A model generated the notes under the pieces. The model was given only the letters and a program-made list of their open reading frames with translations. It ran no database searches and had not been told where the DNA came from. Positions 37,331 to 47,911 of a stretch of DNA of 64,000 nucleotides are shown here, one piece after another. The stretch spans positions 627,565-691,564 of the forward strand of contig MU053823.1 of the NCBI GenBank assembly GCA_013239625.1, in the 5' to 3' direction. Each line of letters starts with the position of its first letter. The first letter of the stretch is position 1. Source of the DNA: Lama guanicoe (lineage: Eukaryota). The position numbers and the translations under genes were made by a program.

Positions 37331-37964
37331 ACGCCTCAGGTCCAAGTGTGTGGGATCAAAAGGACCAGCACAGGAATGTGATTAATATGAAACATCTTCG
37401 AAAGTGCGGGCGTGTGTTTCGTTATTGTACACTCGTGTTTACTCAACCTGTTTGTCTTCACATGTTCTTTCGCGCTGTCTGAGGATGTTGTGTGTCAATA
37501 TAAGAAGCGTCACATAATTGGAGAATAGACTTTGGCTGATTTTACCTGCTAAGTGTTTTGTTTGTTTGTTTAATTTCTACATGGTTTTAAAATACTCTGT
37601 TGCTGGGCTTTAAGTAAAAAGAATTGAGGGAATAGCTGAATTTGGTGAGTGGTTTGATCTGTCTTTTCATCCTGCGTGAAGGGAGTGGCCTCTTGGCCAC
37701 GTTCCACATGATGATGTAGGAAAAGTACTGGAGAAGTGTCACCTGGTAGGTGATGGTGACATGTCCATTTGGGGGTTCTGGGAACACCTGGTTGAGGGCT
37801 GTCCCATGAGAGGAGTCTTCTATGAATTAGAGTGGGGGGGGGAAGCCTCCTTCCCTTAGAGCACCAGGACTTGTGTATTTCTTGCCGCCAGAAACCGCAG
37901 GTAGCACTCATCTATTCTGTTTTCCTCTTGCCTTTTCCTCTTCTCTGCAGAACCTCGAAGCACC

Positions 37965-38297
37965 ATGGCTTCTGACCTAGAAAGTAGCCTCACCTCCATA
38001 GACTGGCTCCCCCAGCTGACCCTCCGAGCGACCATTGAGAAGCTTGGGAGTGCCTCCCAGGCTGGGCCTCCAGGCGGCAGCCGCAAATGTCCACCAGGCT
38101 CACCCACGGATCCTAATGCCACCCTGAGCAAAGACGAGGCAGCGGTCCACCAGGATGGCAAACCCCGCTACAGCTATGCCACCCTCATCACCTATGCCAT
38201 CAACTCCTCCCCAGCCAAGAAGATGACCCTCAGTGAGATTTACCGCTGGATCTGTGATAACTTCCCCTATTACAAGAATGCTGGCATTGGTTGGAAG
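37965..38297 (+). CDS. FOXJ2: FOXJ2 exon 2 coding part (exon starts 37951)
   Basis: Kozak caccATGg; [29 protein letters not shown]; donor gtggga. Confidence 0.97.
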
Positions 38298-41200
38298 GTG
38301 GGATGGCTTCCATAACCTGAGATCATTCTTAGTCTTGACAACCTTTTCCTCTGCTTTTGTTTCTTCCTATAACATGGTCCATTTCACTCTGAGCTGTCTC
38401 AGTGATATGTGAACTTGAAATTGCAAATCTCCCATCCCTTATTTTTTTGCAGAGTTGAACAACTTTCAGAAGGTATCACGGGGAAACTCCAGTGATACCG
38501 AGCCTCTTGGTATAGTTATGGGGGAGGCAGGATGCGGTCATACCCTCCTCTCTGGTTCCTCAAAAAGGAGATTCATTCATTTCACAGATTATCTATTGCC
38601 ACCCTCTGTTCACATCACTGTGCAAGGCATGGCACTGCTCCAGCCCACCTAGAGGCAGAATCTCGTCAGATCTCCAAAATTTCATGGCACATAGTCATCA
38701 TCTTTTAAAAAACTGTACCAAGAAAAAAATGTAGTATAATTAAGCCCTTTAGCAACAGCTCATCCACCAAGCAAGTAATGAGAAGAGGCTAAGTTGTTTG
38801 GCTGGAGATAAAGGAAGAAGGGGCCTCCTCTTCCAAGCAAAGAAGGAAGACTGATGGTCTCAGTCCTTCACAGCACCACTCACTTGCCAGCTGTGGAGTA
38901 GGAAGGGGGATTTAACGTAGTACAGTCACTCTGTAAATCACCTGCTGACTTGCAGACCAGATGATGCGCTGGAGAGTGTTGAAGGCATTCCGTTTTTTCT
39001 TTATAAATATGTCCCTGCTAGCCGCCACCACCCTCAGCCTCACCCAGCACAAGCATGCAACAATAGTTCTTTCCTCCAGGAGTATTTTGTTTTTTTTTCA
39101 GGGGGGGAGGTAATTAGGTTTATTTATTTATTTATCTTTTTAATGGAGGTACTAGGGATTGAACTCAGGACCTCATGCATGCTAAGCATGCGCTCTACCA
39201 CTGAGCTAGCCCTATCCCCTAATACTTCTTTCCTCCAAATGTGACCATTCTATGAGCTGTTGAAGGGGGAGGGTATAGCTCAAGTGGTAGAGTGCATGTT
39301 TAGCATGTATGAGGTCCTGGGTTCAATCCCCAGTACCTCCTCCAAAAATAAATAAGTAAACCTAATTACCCCACCCTGAAGAAAAAGAGGATCTATCTAT
39401 GAGCTGTTGAGAAGACAGAAGGTGAACTGTGCCTTGTTTCACTCATAATTTATATTTTGTTATCATTTACATAATCGGTTTTAAAACATTGTTTTTATTA
39501 CTGATAGGATGAATTAAAGAACTGGGCAGATGTGTTTTTTTAAAATTAAAGTATAGTTGCTGTACAATATTAGATAAGTTGCAGGTGTACAATATAGTGA
39601 TTCACAATTTTTAAAGATTATACACCATTTACAGTTATTATAAAATATTGGTTATATTCTGTGTATTGTACAATATATCCTGGTAACTTATTTTATACAT
39701 AATACTTTGTACCTCTTAATCCCGTACCCTTCCGTGCTTTTTCCCATTGGTAGCCACTAGTTTGTTCTTTATATCTGTGTGTCTCCTTCTTTTTTGTTAT
39801 GCTCACTAATTTGTTGTACTTTTTAGATTCCACATATAAGTGATATCACACAGTATTTGCCTTTCTCTGTCTGACTTATTTCACTTAGCATAATACTCTC
39901 CAAGTCCATGTTGCTGCAAACGGCAAAATTTCATTTTTTAAGGCTGAGTAGTATTCCATTATACATATATACACCACATTTTCTTTATCCGTTCATCTGT
40001 TGATGGACCCTTAGGTTGGGGCAGATGTGATTTTGAGGCGTTTATATACCTGTTGTCAGTTGGGTGGAACAACTGAAAAACTGTATACACTGCTTTCCAG
40101 AAGCACCTGGTAGTCAAATTTATAGCCATTACCTCTCCTCGGCTTAATTGCTGCTTTTTTCTTATCTCATTGATTTCGCTATCTGATAGGTAATTTCCTC
40201 CATCAGTAAAGTTAAGAAGTTTACACTGATAGTTGAACTTGAGTGTATGTTATGTCCCTTTGTGTCCCTCTGTGTCCTATTGGAAAATTTTCTGCTCTGC
40301 ACGATGCTCAAATCTGACCTGCTTCTCTGCTTCCCTAGAATTCAATTCGTCACAACCTTTCTCTCAACAAGTGTTTCCGGAAGGTGCCCAGACCTCGGGA
40401 TGACCCTGGGAAGGTGAGATTCTTTTGTGAGGATGAAGGGAGGATCAGGAAGGAGCGAGAAGTAGTTGACAGCCCAGAGTCCTGTGGCTGTTTTAATTAC
40501 CCAGAAGAGGAAAGCATGTTAATTACTGAAGCAGCTTTTTTTTTTTTTTATTCTTGGAGAAAGAGCTTGGTTATCAAGTTTGTGGTCCCCATTAGAATGA
40601 GTGACTAAGGGAGACTGTGAAATCTGTTTTTTAATAGAAACATTTATGAAAAAGTTGACTTCATGCTCCTTTTTTTTTTCCATGTGGCAGTCTTTCTAGA
40701 TGTAAAAGGTGGATTTAATGACCTTTGTAGGTATTTTTCTATATGAAAACCCCATGATTTTTACGTTCAAAGGGGAGAGGGTCCTTGTCACTTGAGAGAT
40801 GTGGATTCTAAAGCTAAGAGAGCCTTGCCTCAGGTGACAGGGAGGGGAAAGGCTGGCATTTCCAGCTCTTTGAACCAGCTGCTGTTGTGCTGTTCTCCAG
40901 AATGATTGAGGCCTGTGTTTGGACCACAGCGGGTACCTCGGACATACTCAGTGAGCTGTTAGGACAAATTTAATCCTCAAAAATATCCAGTACCCTCAGG
41001 ATTCTGTGTGACTCTCTAGTCATCTTTCTTAATGTAACTTATTTTGTGTAAAAATCCTCTCAAATATCCACGTTTCCAAAGGGAGAAGTTTCCATATGTA
41101 ATGATTTTCTCCTCTCTGGGGATGGGTTCTCCTTCTAGGGCTCTTACTGGACAATCGACACCTGCCCTGACATGTCCCGAAAGAGAAGACACCCCCCAGA

Positions 41201-44200
41201 TGATGATGTAAGTCCCCACTTCCATGGGGAGATGACATTTCTGAGCCAGCTGCATCTTCTCCTGTATTTCCAGTTATTTCCTAAATTTGGGGTAAAGGAT
41301 AAATACTGGCAGAGGTGAAGCCAGGGGCCTTGGGAGGATGTTTATCATCTGCTTACAGATTTTTGTTCTTTCACAACCCTCAGCTGTCCCAGGACTCACC
41401 AGAACAGGAGGCAAGCAAGAGCCCACGGGGAGGCGTTCCAGGGAGTGGAGAAGCCTCTCTGCCTCCTGAGGGGAATCCTCAGATGTCACTGCAGAGCCCC
41501 ACGTCAATAGCCAGCTACAGCCAGGTAGGAAGTAGAGGTGGCAGGGGGCACAGGGCTGGATGGCTGACTGGGTGGTTGAATAGATTCATGTATCAGTCGA
41601 TTCAAAATTTTCTGATGGGTGTCTGTGCTATAGTAGGCAGATACATTGGGAAAGAAGGAGAAAGCAAAAGAGGAAAGCTGAGAGAGAGAGAGGGAGGGAG
41701 AGAGAGAGGGAGAGAGAGAAGCAACAGAACTTTAAGAAAGATCAGAGGCAAAAAGTGAGAAGAAGAGCCAAAAAATTTACAAGATGGGAAAGGTGAGGTG
41801 GGAGGTAGCACAGGAAAAGGACAGGAGGCTACATCAAGGTCAGAACGAATGAGAAAAGAAGGAGAAAATGATGCTCATTCTTTGAAAACTTGGTGAGGGT
41901 GATGAGGACAGGCAGGAGAGCCTGGTGTCTGTTAAAGGGTTGAGCTGGTCCCGCACTAGGACGGAGATCAGGTCTCTCTCACCTCTTTCTGCAGGGCCCA
42001 GCACCTGTGGATGGCGGAGCAGGGGCAGCTGGGGCTCCAGGCCGAGAGGGCGCTGACGCCCCCCCGCCCCTGTATAACACCAACCACGACTTCAAATTCT
42101 CCTACTCAGAGATCAATTTTCAGGACCTAAGCTGGTCCTTCCGCAACCTCTACAAATCCATGCTGGAGAAGTCCTCTTCCTCCTCTCAGCACGGTGAGGC
42201 TGCGGGAGGGGGTGGGGAGGGGGGTTGGTGAGCTCTTCTGACTTAGGGCTGAAGGACAGCTGTTTCGAGAGGCAGGCTGCGTCATTAGCTTCTGAGTTGG
42301 CGGAATCCCCCTTCTAGAACTAAGGGTTGTGATTTTTATGGTTGCCAGCAAGTCATTCCAAGGATGGCCACTAGGGGCCAGCAGTAGATCCCTTTTCCTA
42401 AGGATCACAGTGTTTCATTGTGAGAATTTAATTTTTAGCATATTTATGTTGATTTTTATTAGGAATAATTTCAAGTAGGTGCATAAATAGAGAAAGTAGT
42501 ACAGTAAACCATCATGTTTCCATCGCCCAATTTTAACTGTTACCGATATTTTAAGCTTGTTTTGTTTACCATCCAGCTTTTCGTTTAATTGGAATAGTTC
42601 AAGGTACATCGTTCTACCTGTAAATACTAGTGCAGTATGCGTCCTTAATGATAAAGACTTTTCTTTTAGTTATCCATTGCCATTATCACTCCTAACGTAA
42701 TAAATAATGCTTCCTTAAAGATACATGCATGCCAGTGTTCACAGCAGCACTATTTACAGTAGCCAAGACCTGGAAGCAACCTAAATGTCCATCGACAGAG
42801 GAATGGATGAAGAAGATGTGGTGTATATATATACAATGGAATACTACTCAGCCATAAAAGAATAAAATAATGCCATTTGCAGCAACGTGGATGGACCTAG
42901 AGAGGATCATACTAAGTGAAGTAAGTCAGAGAAAGACAGATGTCATATGATATCACTTATATGTGGAATCTAAAATATGATAGAAATGAACTTATTTACA
43001 AAACAGGAACAGACTCACAGACATAGAAAACAAACTTATGGTTACCAAAGGGGAAAGAAAAGGGTGGGATAAATGAGGAGCTTTGGACTAGCAAATACAA
43101 ACTACTATATATAAAGTAAGCAACAAGGACCTACTGTACGGCACTGTTTAATATATTGAATATATTGAACTATAGTCAATACCTTGTAATAACCTATAAC
43201 GGAAAAGAATATGAAAAAGAACAGATATATATATAAATCACTTTGCTGAAGACCTGAAACTACTGTAACATTGTAAATCAACTCTACTTCAATAAAAACA
43301 TTAGAACTAATACTTCTAACAATTTAAATACGGAAAAAAAAATTCTTCCTTTATATCAGTTTATATCTTGTCCATACTCACATTTCCCAGATTAACATGT
43401 GAGAATGACTTGAAGTCGTTAGTGGGAGACTCCCTGAGGGATCATCTGGTTTGGCCCTCTGCAATTCCTGGTTTTTTTTTTTTTTTTCATTTTTTAAAAG
43501 AATTTAGAGGTAGGGGTGAAGTCAGGATTTCAGGTGAATCATCTGACCTTCCTGTTCTGTACCGTGGCCTTGGACAGGCAGCAGGAGATGAATGGAATGA
43601 TCAAAAGTGGTTAGGAGTCACTTCTGGGGAAATTTATATTAATTGTCATGAATTTCTTCTTTTATTTATTTCCTTTCATTATTATTTTTAACTGAAGTAT
43701 AGCTTATTTGCAATATTGTGTCCATTTCAGGTGTACAGCAAAGTGATTCAGTTCTATGTATGTATGTGTATGTGTGTGTATATTTATATATTTTTTCAGA
43801 TTATTTCCCATTATAGGTCATTACAAGATACTGAATATAGCTCCCTGTGCTCTACAGTGAATCCTTGTTGCTCTTCTAGTTTATCTGTAGTAGTGTGTAT
43901 CTGCTAATCCCATAATCCTAATTTATCCCTCTTCTCTTCCCTCTCCCCTTTGGTAACCATAAGTTTGTAAGTTTGTTTTCTATGTCTGTGAGTCTGTTTC
44001 TGTTTTGCAAATAGATTCATTTGTATTAGTTTTTAGATTCCATATATGAGTGATATCATATGATACTTGTCTTTCTCTGTCTGACTTCACTTCGTATGAT
44101 CATCTCTAGGTCCTGAAGAGTGTAGGATAATAAGGAAAAGAAGAGAATAGAAACCCCATGGCTTTGTTTTATTTATAATTTATTTTTGAAATCAGATACC

Positions 44201-47200
44201 TGATTTCTTTTGAAACTGTGATTCCAGGCCTACATCTGAATCCCTGAAACATAGCATCAAAAGGTGCATGCTGCCCTCTTGGCTAAAATTTCAGCAGTTG
44301 TCAGGCTGTCAAGGCGCTCCTTCTGTCTGGTATACCGGCCGGGGGGACCAAGGGAGCCAGGGGGCGCTGTGTCCCCGAACATCCTGACCCTCTTGCCTTT
44401 GTAGTCGGCCTTTTCTCTCTGAGGCCTCCGGTCTACCCCGGTGGAAATCCTGTTTAGGGGAAAATGTGTGGTCCAGCTCACCTGCCTGCTTCCTCCCACC
44501 CGGCAGGCTTCTCCTCTCTCCTGGGGGACATGCCGCCCTCGAACAACTACTACATGTACCAGCAGCAGCAGCAGCCGCCGCCCCCGCAGCCGTCGCCCCA
44601 GCAGCCGTCGCCCCAGCAGGCGCCCGCCCAGGGCCCCTCCCCTGTAGGGGGTGCTCCTCCTCTGCACACCCCCAGCCCCGATGGTTGTACCCCGCCAGGG
44701 GGGAAGCAAGCGGGGGCCGAGGGCTACGGGCCGCCCCCTGTGATGGCCATGCACCCGCCCCCCCTGCAGCCCTGAGGCTACCACCCTCACCAGCACCACC
44801 CCCACCCGCACCCCGCCCAGCCGCCGCCGCCGCCGCCGCAGCCACAGGCACAAAGCCAGGCCCCCATCAACAGTTCTGGCTTCGGTGAGTAAGGAGCGGG
44901 CACGCAGACCCTAGAGGGCCGTGGGGGACCCCCTTGTTCTGACTCTGGCACGAAGGTGCAGTTGGGTAGGAGGTTAACAGCGGATCTTTCAGCCTCACTC
45001 TCCCATGAGAGCTCATCTGAGCGAGGGAAGATGCTACTGAGAGCTCTGCATCAGATTCTCGGACAAACTGGGGTGGTTTTACGTGCTCTCCTGCCTGTGA
45101 GCTGGGCTGTCTGTGCCTAAAGCGTTGGTAGCTTTACCAGGTCCTGAGCCTCCAGGGAGGGAGGGTGAAATGGTCTTGGTGTTGCAACTGAGAACACGTG
45201 TGGATGGGAGAACCTTGCCTCAGTCAGCCGGCTGTCAGTGCGCCACCGCCTCACTGTCTTATTCCCCTGTTCCCCTCCTCTTGCCAGCCTTCCCTCCTGA
45301 CTGGTGCTCCAACATCGACTCCTTAAAGGAAAGCTTCAAGATGGTGAACCGGCTCAACTGGTCCAGCATTGAGCAGTCACAGTTCTCAGGTTAGTAATCA
45401 GAGGATGGGGCCTGGAGGGAAGAGGCACCAGTGTGAGTGGAAAAACCCAATGGAAACCAGAACCAGAAGAGGGGGGATTCAGTGAAGTTTGAGGATGGAG
45501 GATTTCACGTGACCTTGGTGCTGCTTTCAAATGAATTCTGATTAACTTGGCCTTAAAATGTGCCAGTGGTTTCTTCTACTCAGTTTTAGCTCTGGGAGAA
45601 GGAAGGCTCTCAGGAACTCAGAAGCCCTTGACAACTGTTTTGTAGTTTTGTCGCCATTTACTGAAAATATGACCATGGCTAATTCACTCAGTCACTTTGA
45701 AACTTTTAATTCATGAGTAAGAAGCAAATTATACTAAGAACTGAGTAAGGAAGAAACAGGGGTCGGGGGGGGCCATTGAGAGCAACGTGCTAACAGATGT
45801 CAGCGTCGGTGGTGCGTGTGATCGGCGGTGGTGCCTGACGGAGTGGCTGCAGCAGTGAGTTGGGCATCAAGCTGGCAGGGCTCTGGGGCCTTGACAAGGT
45901 TAGCATTTCATGCTTCTCTGTTTGTAGAGCTGATGGAGAGTCTGCGACAGGCAGAGCAGAAGAACTGGAGCCTCGACCAGCATCACATCGCCAATCTGTG
46001 CGACTCCCTCAACCACTTCCTCACCCAGACTGGTCACGTGCCCCCCCAGGGGGGTTCCCACCGGCCACCTGCCCCTGCCCGCATTGCTGACTCCTGTGCC
46101 CTCACCAGTGGCAAACAGGAGCCAGCCATGAACCAAGGTACCCCACAAAGCAGGTTGCCAAGGAGGCGGAGACTTGACAATCAAAGCGGGGTAGGGGGAA
46201 GAGAAGGTCAGAAGAGAACCAAAAAACATTCTACGGCAAGCATCCAAATGGCAAAGAAATAGGTCATATGATTCCTTTTAGATCTTGATCTGGGAGGTCA
46301 GGGTTACTTAAGAAAAAAGAGAGAGCCCCCATTCCAAATATGTGTCACGGTCACCCCGACCTGGACCGTATCTGGGGAGTCACGATTCTCTACAATTATC
46401 TGAGCTTAGACCAGTGAAACGAGAGACTCAGCCATCCTGTGTCTATGTTTGTCATCCTCTGATAGCTGTGATATTTCACAATTCTAATATCTGGTCCTTT
46501 TTCACCCTCAGAGGTGAGGACTGATGGCTTCTGCATAGTCTTGATGCCGGCAGGAGCCAGGGAACAGAGCAGGGAAGGGTGAAGAGCTTAAGGGGAGGAA
46601 GAGGACCTTCTTCTCTGTCGGACCCTGCTTCTTTGAGTACAGTGATCCCACTCAAGTAACTCTTGTCTTGCTTTGGCAGTGAACTCTTATGTGCACCCTC
46701 AAGCACCCCACCTCTACCCTGGCCCATCGCCAATGTACCCACTCCCCACCCAGGACTCAGCAGGATACAATCGCCCAGGTAAGAGCCAGGAGGCTTGTTT
46801 CACCACCAGCTGAGCCCTCTCCACCCTGGCGAGTTGCCTCGCTTTCCTGGGGCTCTGAGCCTGTGGTTCTGGCCCTTTTGTCTGCGTCTTCTGGGAGGGG
46901 GTGAGACTTCGTGTTTCCCAGGGCCAGAGGATGTATGTCACGGGAGACTGAAGAAGACTTACTTTAAAATTAGCTGATGTCTGCAGTATTGAGAGGAAGT
47001 GAAAGTATGACTACAAAAAGGAGAGAGACACATAGAACGTTTATGTCTAGCTCTGGAGTCCAGCTGGGAGACACACTCAGGCAAATAAAATGAACACGTT
47101 ATAGAAACCTGCCTGCTTTGTGCCAGGTCTGCTTTCCTGTCCCCTGCCCTAGGGTACCAGGGGCCTGGGACTGAACTATCTCTGATGGTGGAGCTGTAGT

Positions 47201-47911
47201 GGGGGACCCTCAGTGGTCATAAATAGTTCAGGATGCCCAGATCCTTCACCTTTTAGTGCACTTTAGGAAACTCACTATTATCAGCTGCCTTACCACAGTG
47301 TTTTCAGTTTTGGGGATGATATCTGACTCTTTGTCTCTGTGTGCCTAACTTTGTTTGGGGGAGAGAGTAATTAGGTTTATTTGTTTGTTTATTAGTGGAA
47401 GTACTGGGGATTGAACCCAAGACCTCGTGCATGCTAAGCACACACTCTACCGCTGAGCTATACCCTCCCCTTATCCCTGTGTACCTAATCTGGGTCGTGC
47501 AGGTACACATTTCTACGCAGCTATTTCATCTAATGGTGCATCCTGTATGTTTTTTTTAATCATTGTTGCATAGTCTTCATAAGCATCATTTTTAATGGCT
47601 GCGTACTGTTCTATTGCCACCTGGCCTCATTTACTCGATTTAGTTGATTCCCTGAGGCCTTACTGAAGTGGTGGCGGCAACAAAAGTAAAGCGGGGCTGA
47701 TAAGGACAATAGTTCCACCAGACCTTCCCCATGGTGGTGTTTGGGGCTGACCACTGCCTGTCTGGATGGGTAGAACGGCTTCCCACCCACTCTTCTCTTA
47801 ATCTCTTTCTCTCTTCCCACAGCACACCACATGGTCCCTCGGCCACCGGTTCCACCTCCTGGGGCCAATGAGGAGATCCCCGATGACTTCGACTGGGACT
47901 TGATTACTTAG
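37965..47911 (+). CDS. FOXJ2: Forkhead box protein J2; 10 coding exons, 564 codons, with an in-frame TGA at codon 362 in this assembly
   Basis: Spliced translation runs from [18 protein letters not shown] through the forkhead domain to [13 protein letters not shown]; all introns GT-AG with consistent phases. Confidence 0.97.
39101..39220 (-). mobile_element. tRNA-Ala-derived SINE (vic-1-like)
   Basis: Full body and tail; near-perfect direct repeat at 39062-39078 and 39221-39237. Confidence 0.9.
39265..39395 (+). mobile_element. tRNA-Ala-derived SINE (vic-1-like)
   Basis: Full body; TSD TCTATGAGCTGTTGA at 39249-39263 and 39396-39410. Confidence 0.9.
39535..40018 (-). mobile_element. LINE-1 3' end
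   Basis: ttttagattccacatataagtgatatca..ctgacttatttcacttagcataat motif. Confidence 0.85.
40339..40413 (+). CDS. FOXJ2: FOXJ2 exon 3
   Basis: [25 protein letters not shown], bounded by AG/GT. Confidence 0.97.
41139..41207 (+). CDS. FOXJ2: FOXJ2 exon 4
   Basis: [23 protein letters not shown]; donor gtaagt. Confidence 0.96.
41384..41524 (+). CDS. FOXJ2: FOXJ2 exon 5
   Basis: [23 protein letters not shown]. Confidence 0.95.
41995..42193 (+). CDS. FOXJ2: FOXJ2 exon 6
   Basis: ..[34 protein letters not shown].. Confidence 0.95.
42720..43300 (+). mobile_element. LINE-1 3' end
   Basis: ggaagcaacctaaatgtccatcgacagaggaatgga..; ends ctacttcaataaaa. Confidence 0.88.
43685..44113 (-). mobile_element. 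LINE-1 3' end
   Basis: Antisense L1 3'UTR (tttggtaaccataagtttg; ttagattccatatatgagtgatatcat). Confidence 0.88.
44507..44884 (+). CDS. FOXJ2: FOXJ2 exon 7 (Pro/Gln/His-rich; contains TGA at 44773-44775)
   Basis: [22 protein letters not shown]..; frame continues after the stop as [14 protein letters not shown]; 378 nt, phase 1-1. Confidence 0.93.
45288..45389 (+). CDS. FOXJ2: FOXJ2 exon 8
   Basis: [33 protein letters not shown]. Confidence 0.95.
45928..46137 (+). CDS. FOXJ2: FOXJ2 exon 9
   Basis: [35 protein letters not shown].. Confidence 0.95.
46680..46778 (+). CDS. FOXJ2: FOXJ2 exon 10
   Basis: [32 protein letters not shown]; donor gtaaga. Confidence 0.93.
47357..47470 (-). mobile_element. 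tRNA-Ala-derived SINE (vic-1-like)
   Basis: Same family body and tail as the other copies. Confidence 0.88.
47823..47911 (+). CDS. FOXJ2: FOXJ2 exon 11 coding part
   Basis: [28 protein letters not shown]. Confidence 0.96.

Noticed and set aside
39265..39340. tRNA-Ala-like sequence (and six similar copies)
   Set aside because: Divergent copies with shared tails and TSDs, so SINEs rather than tRNA genes
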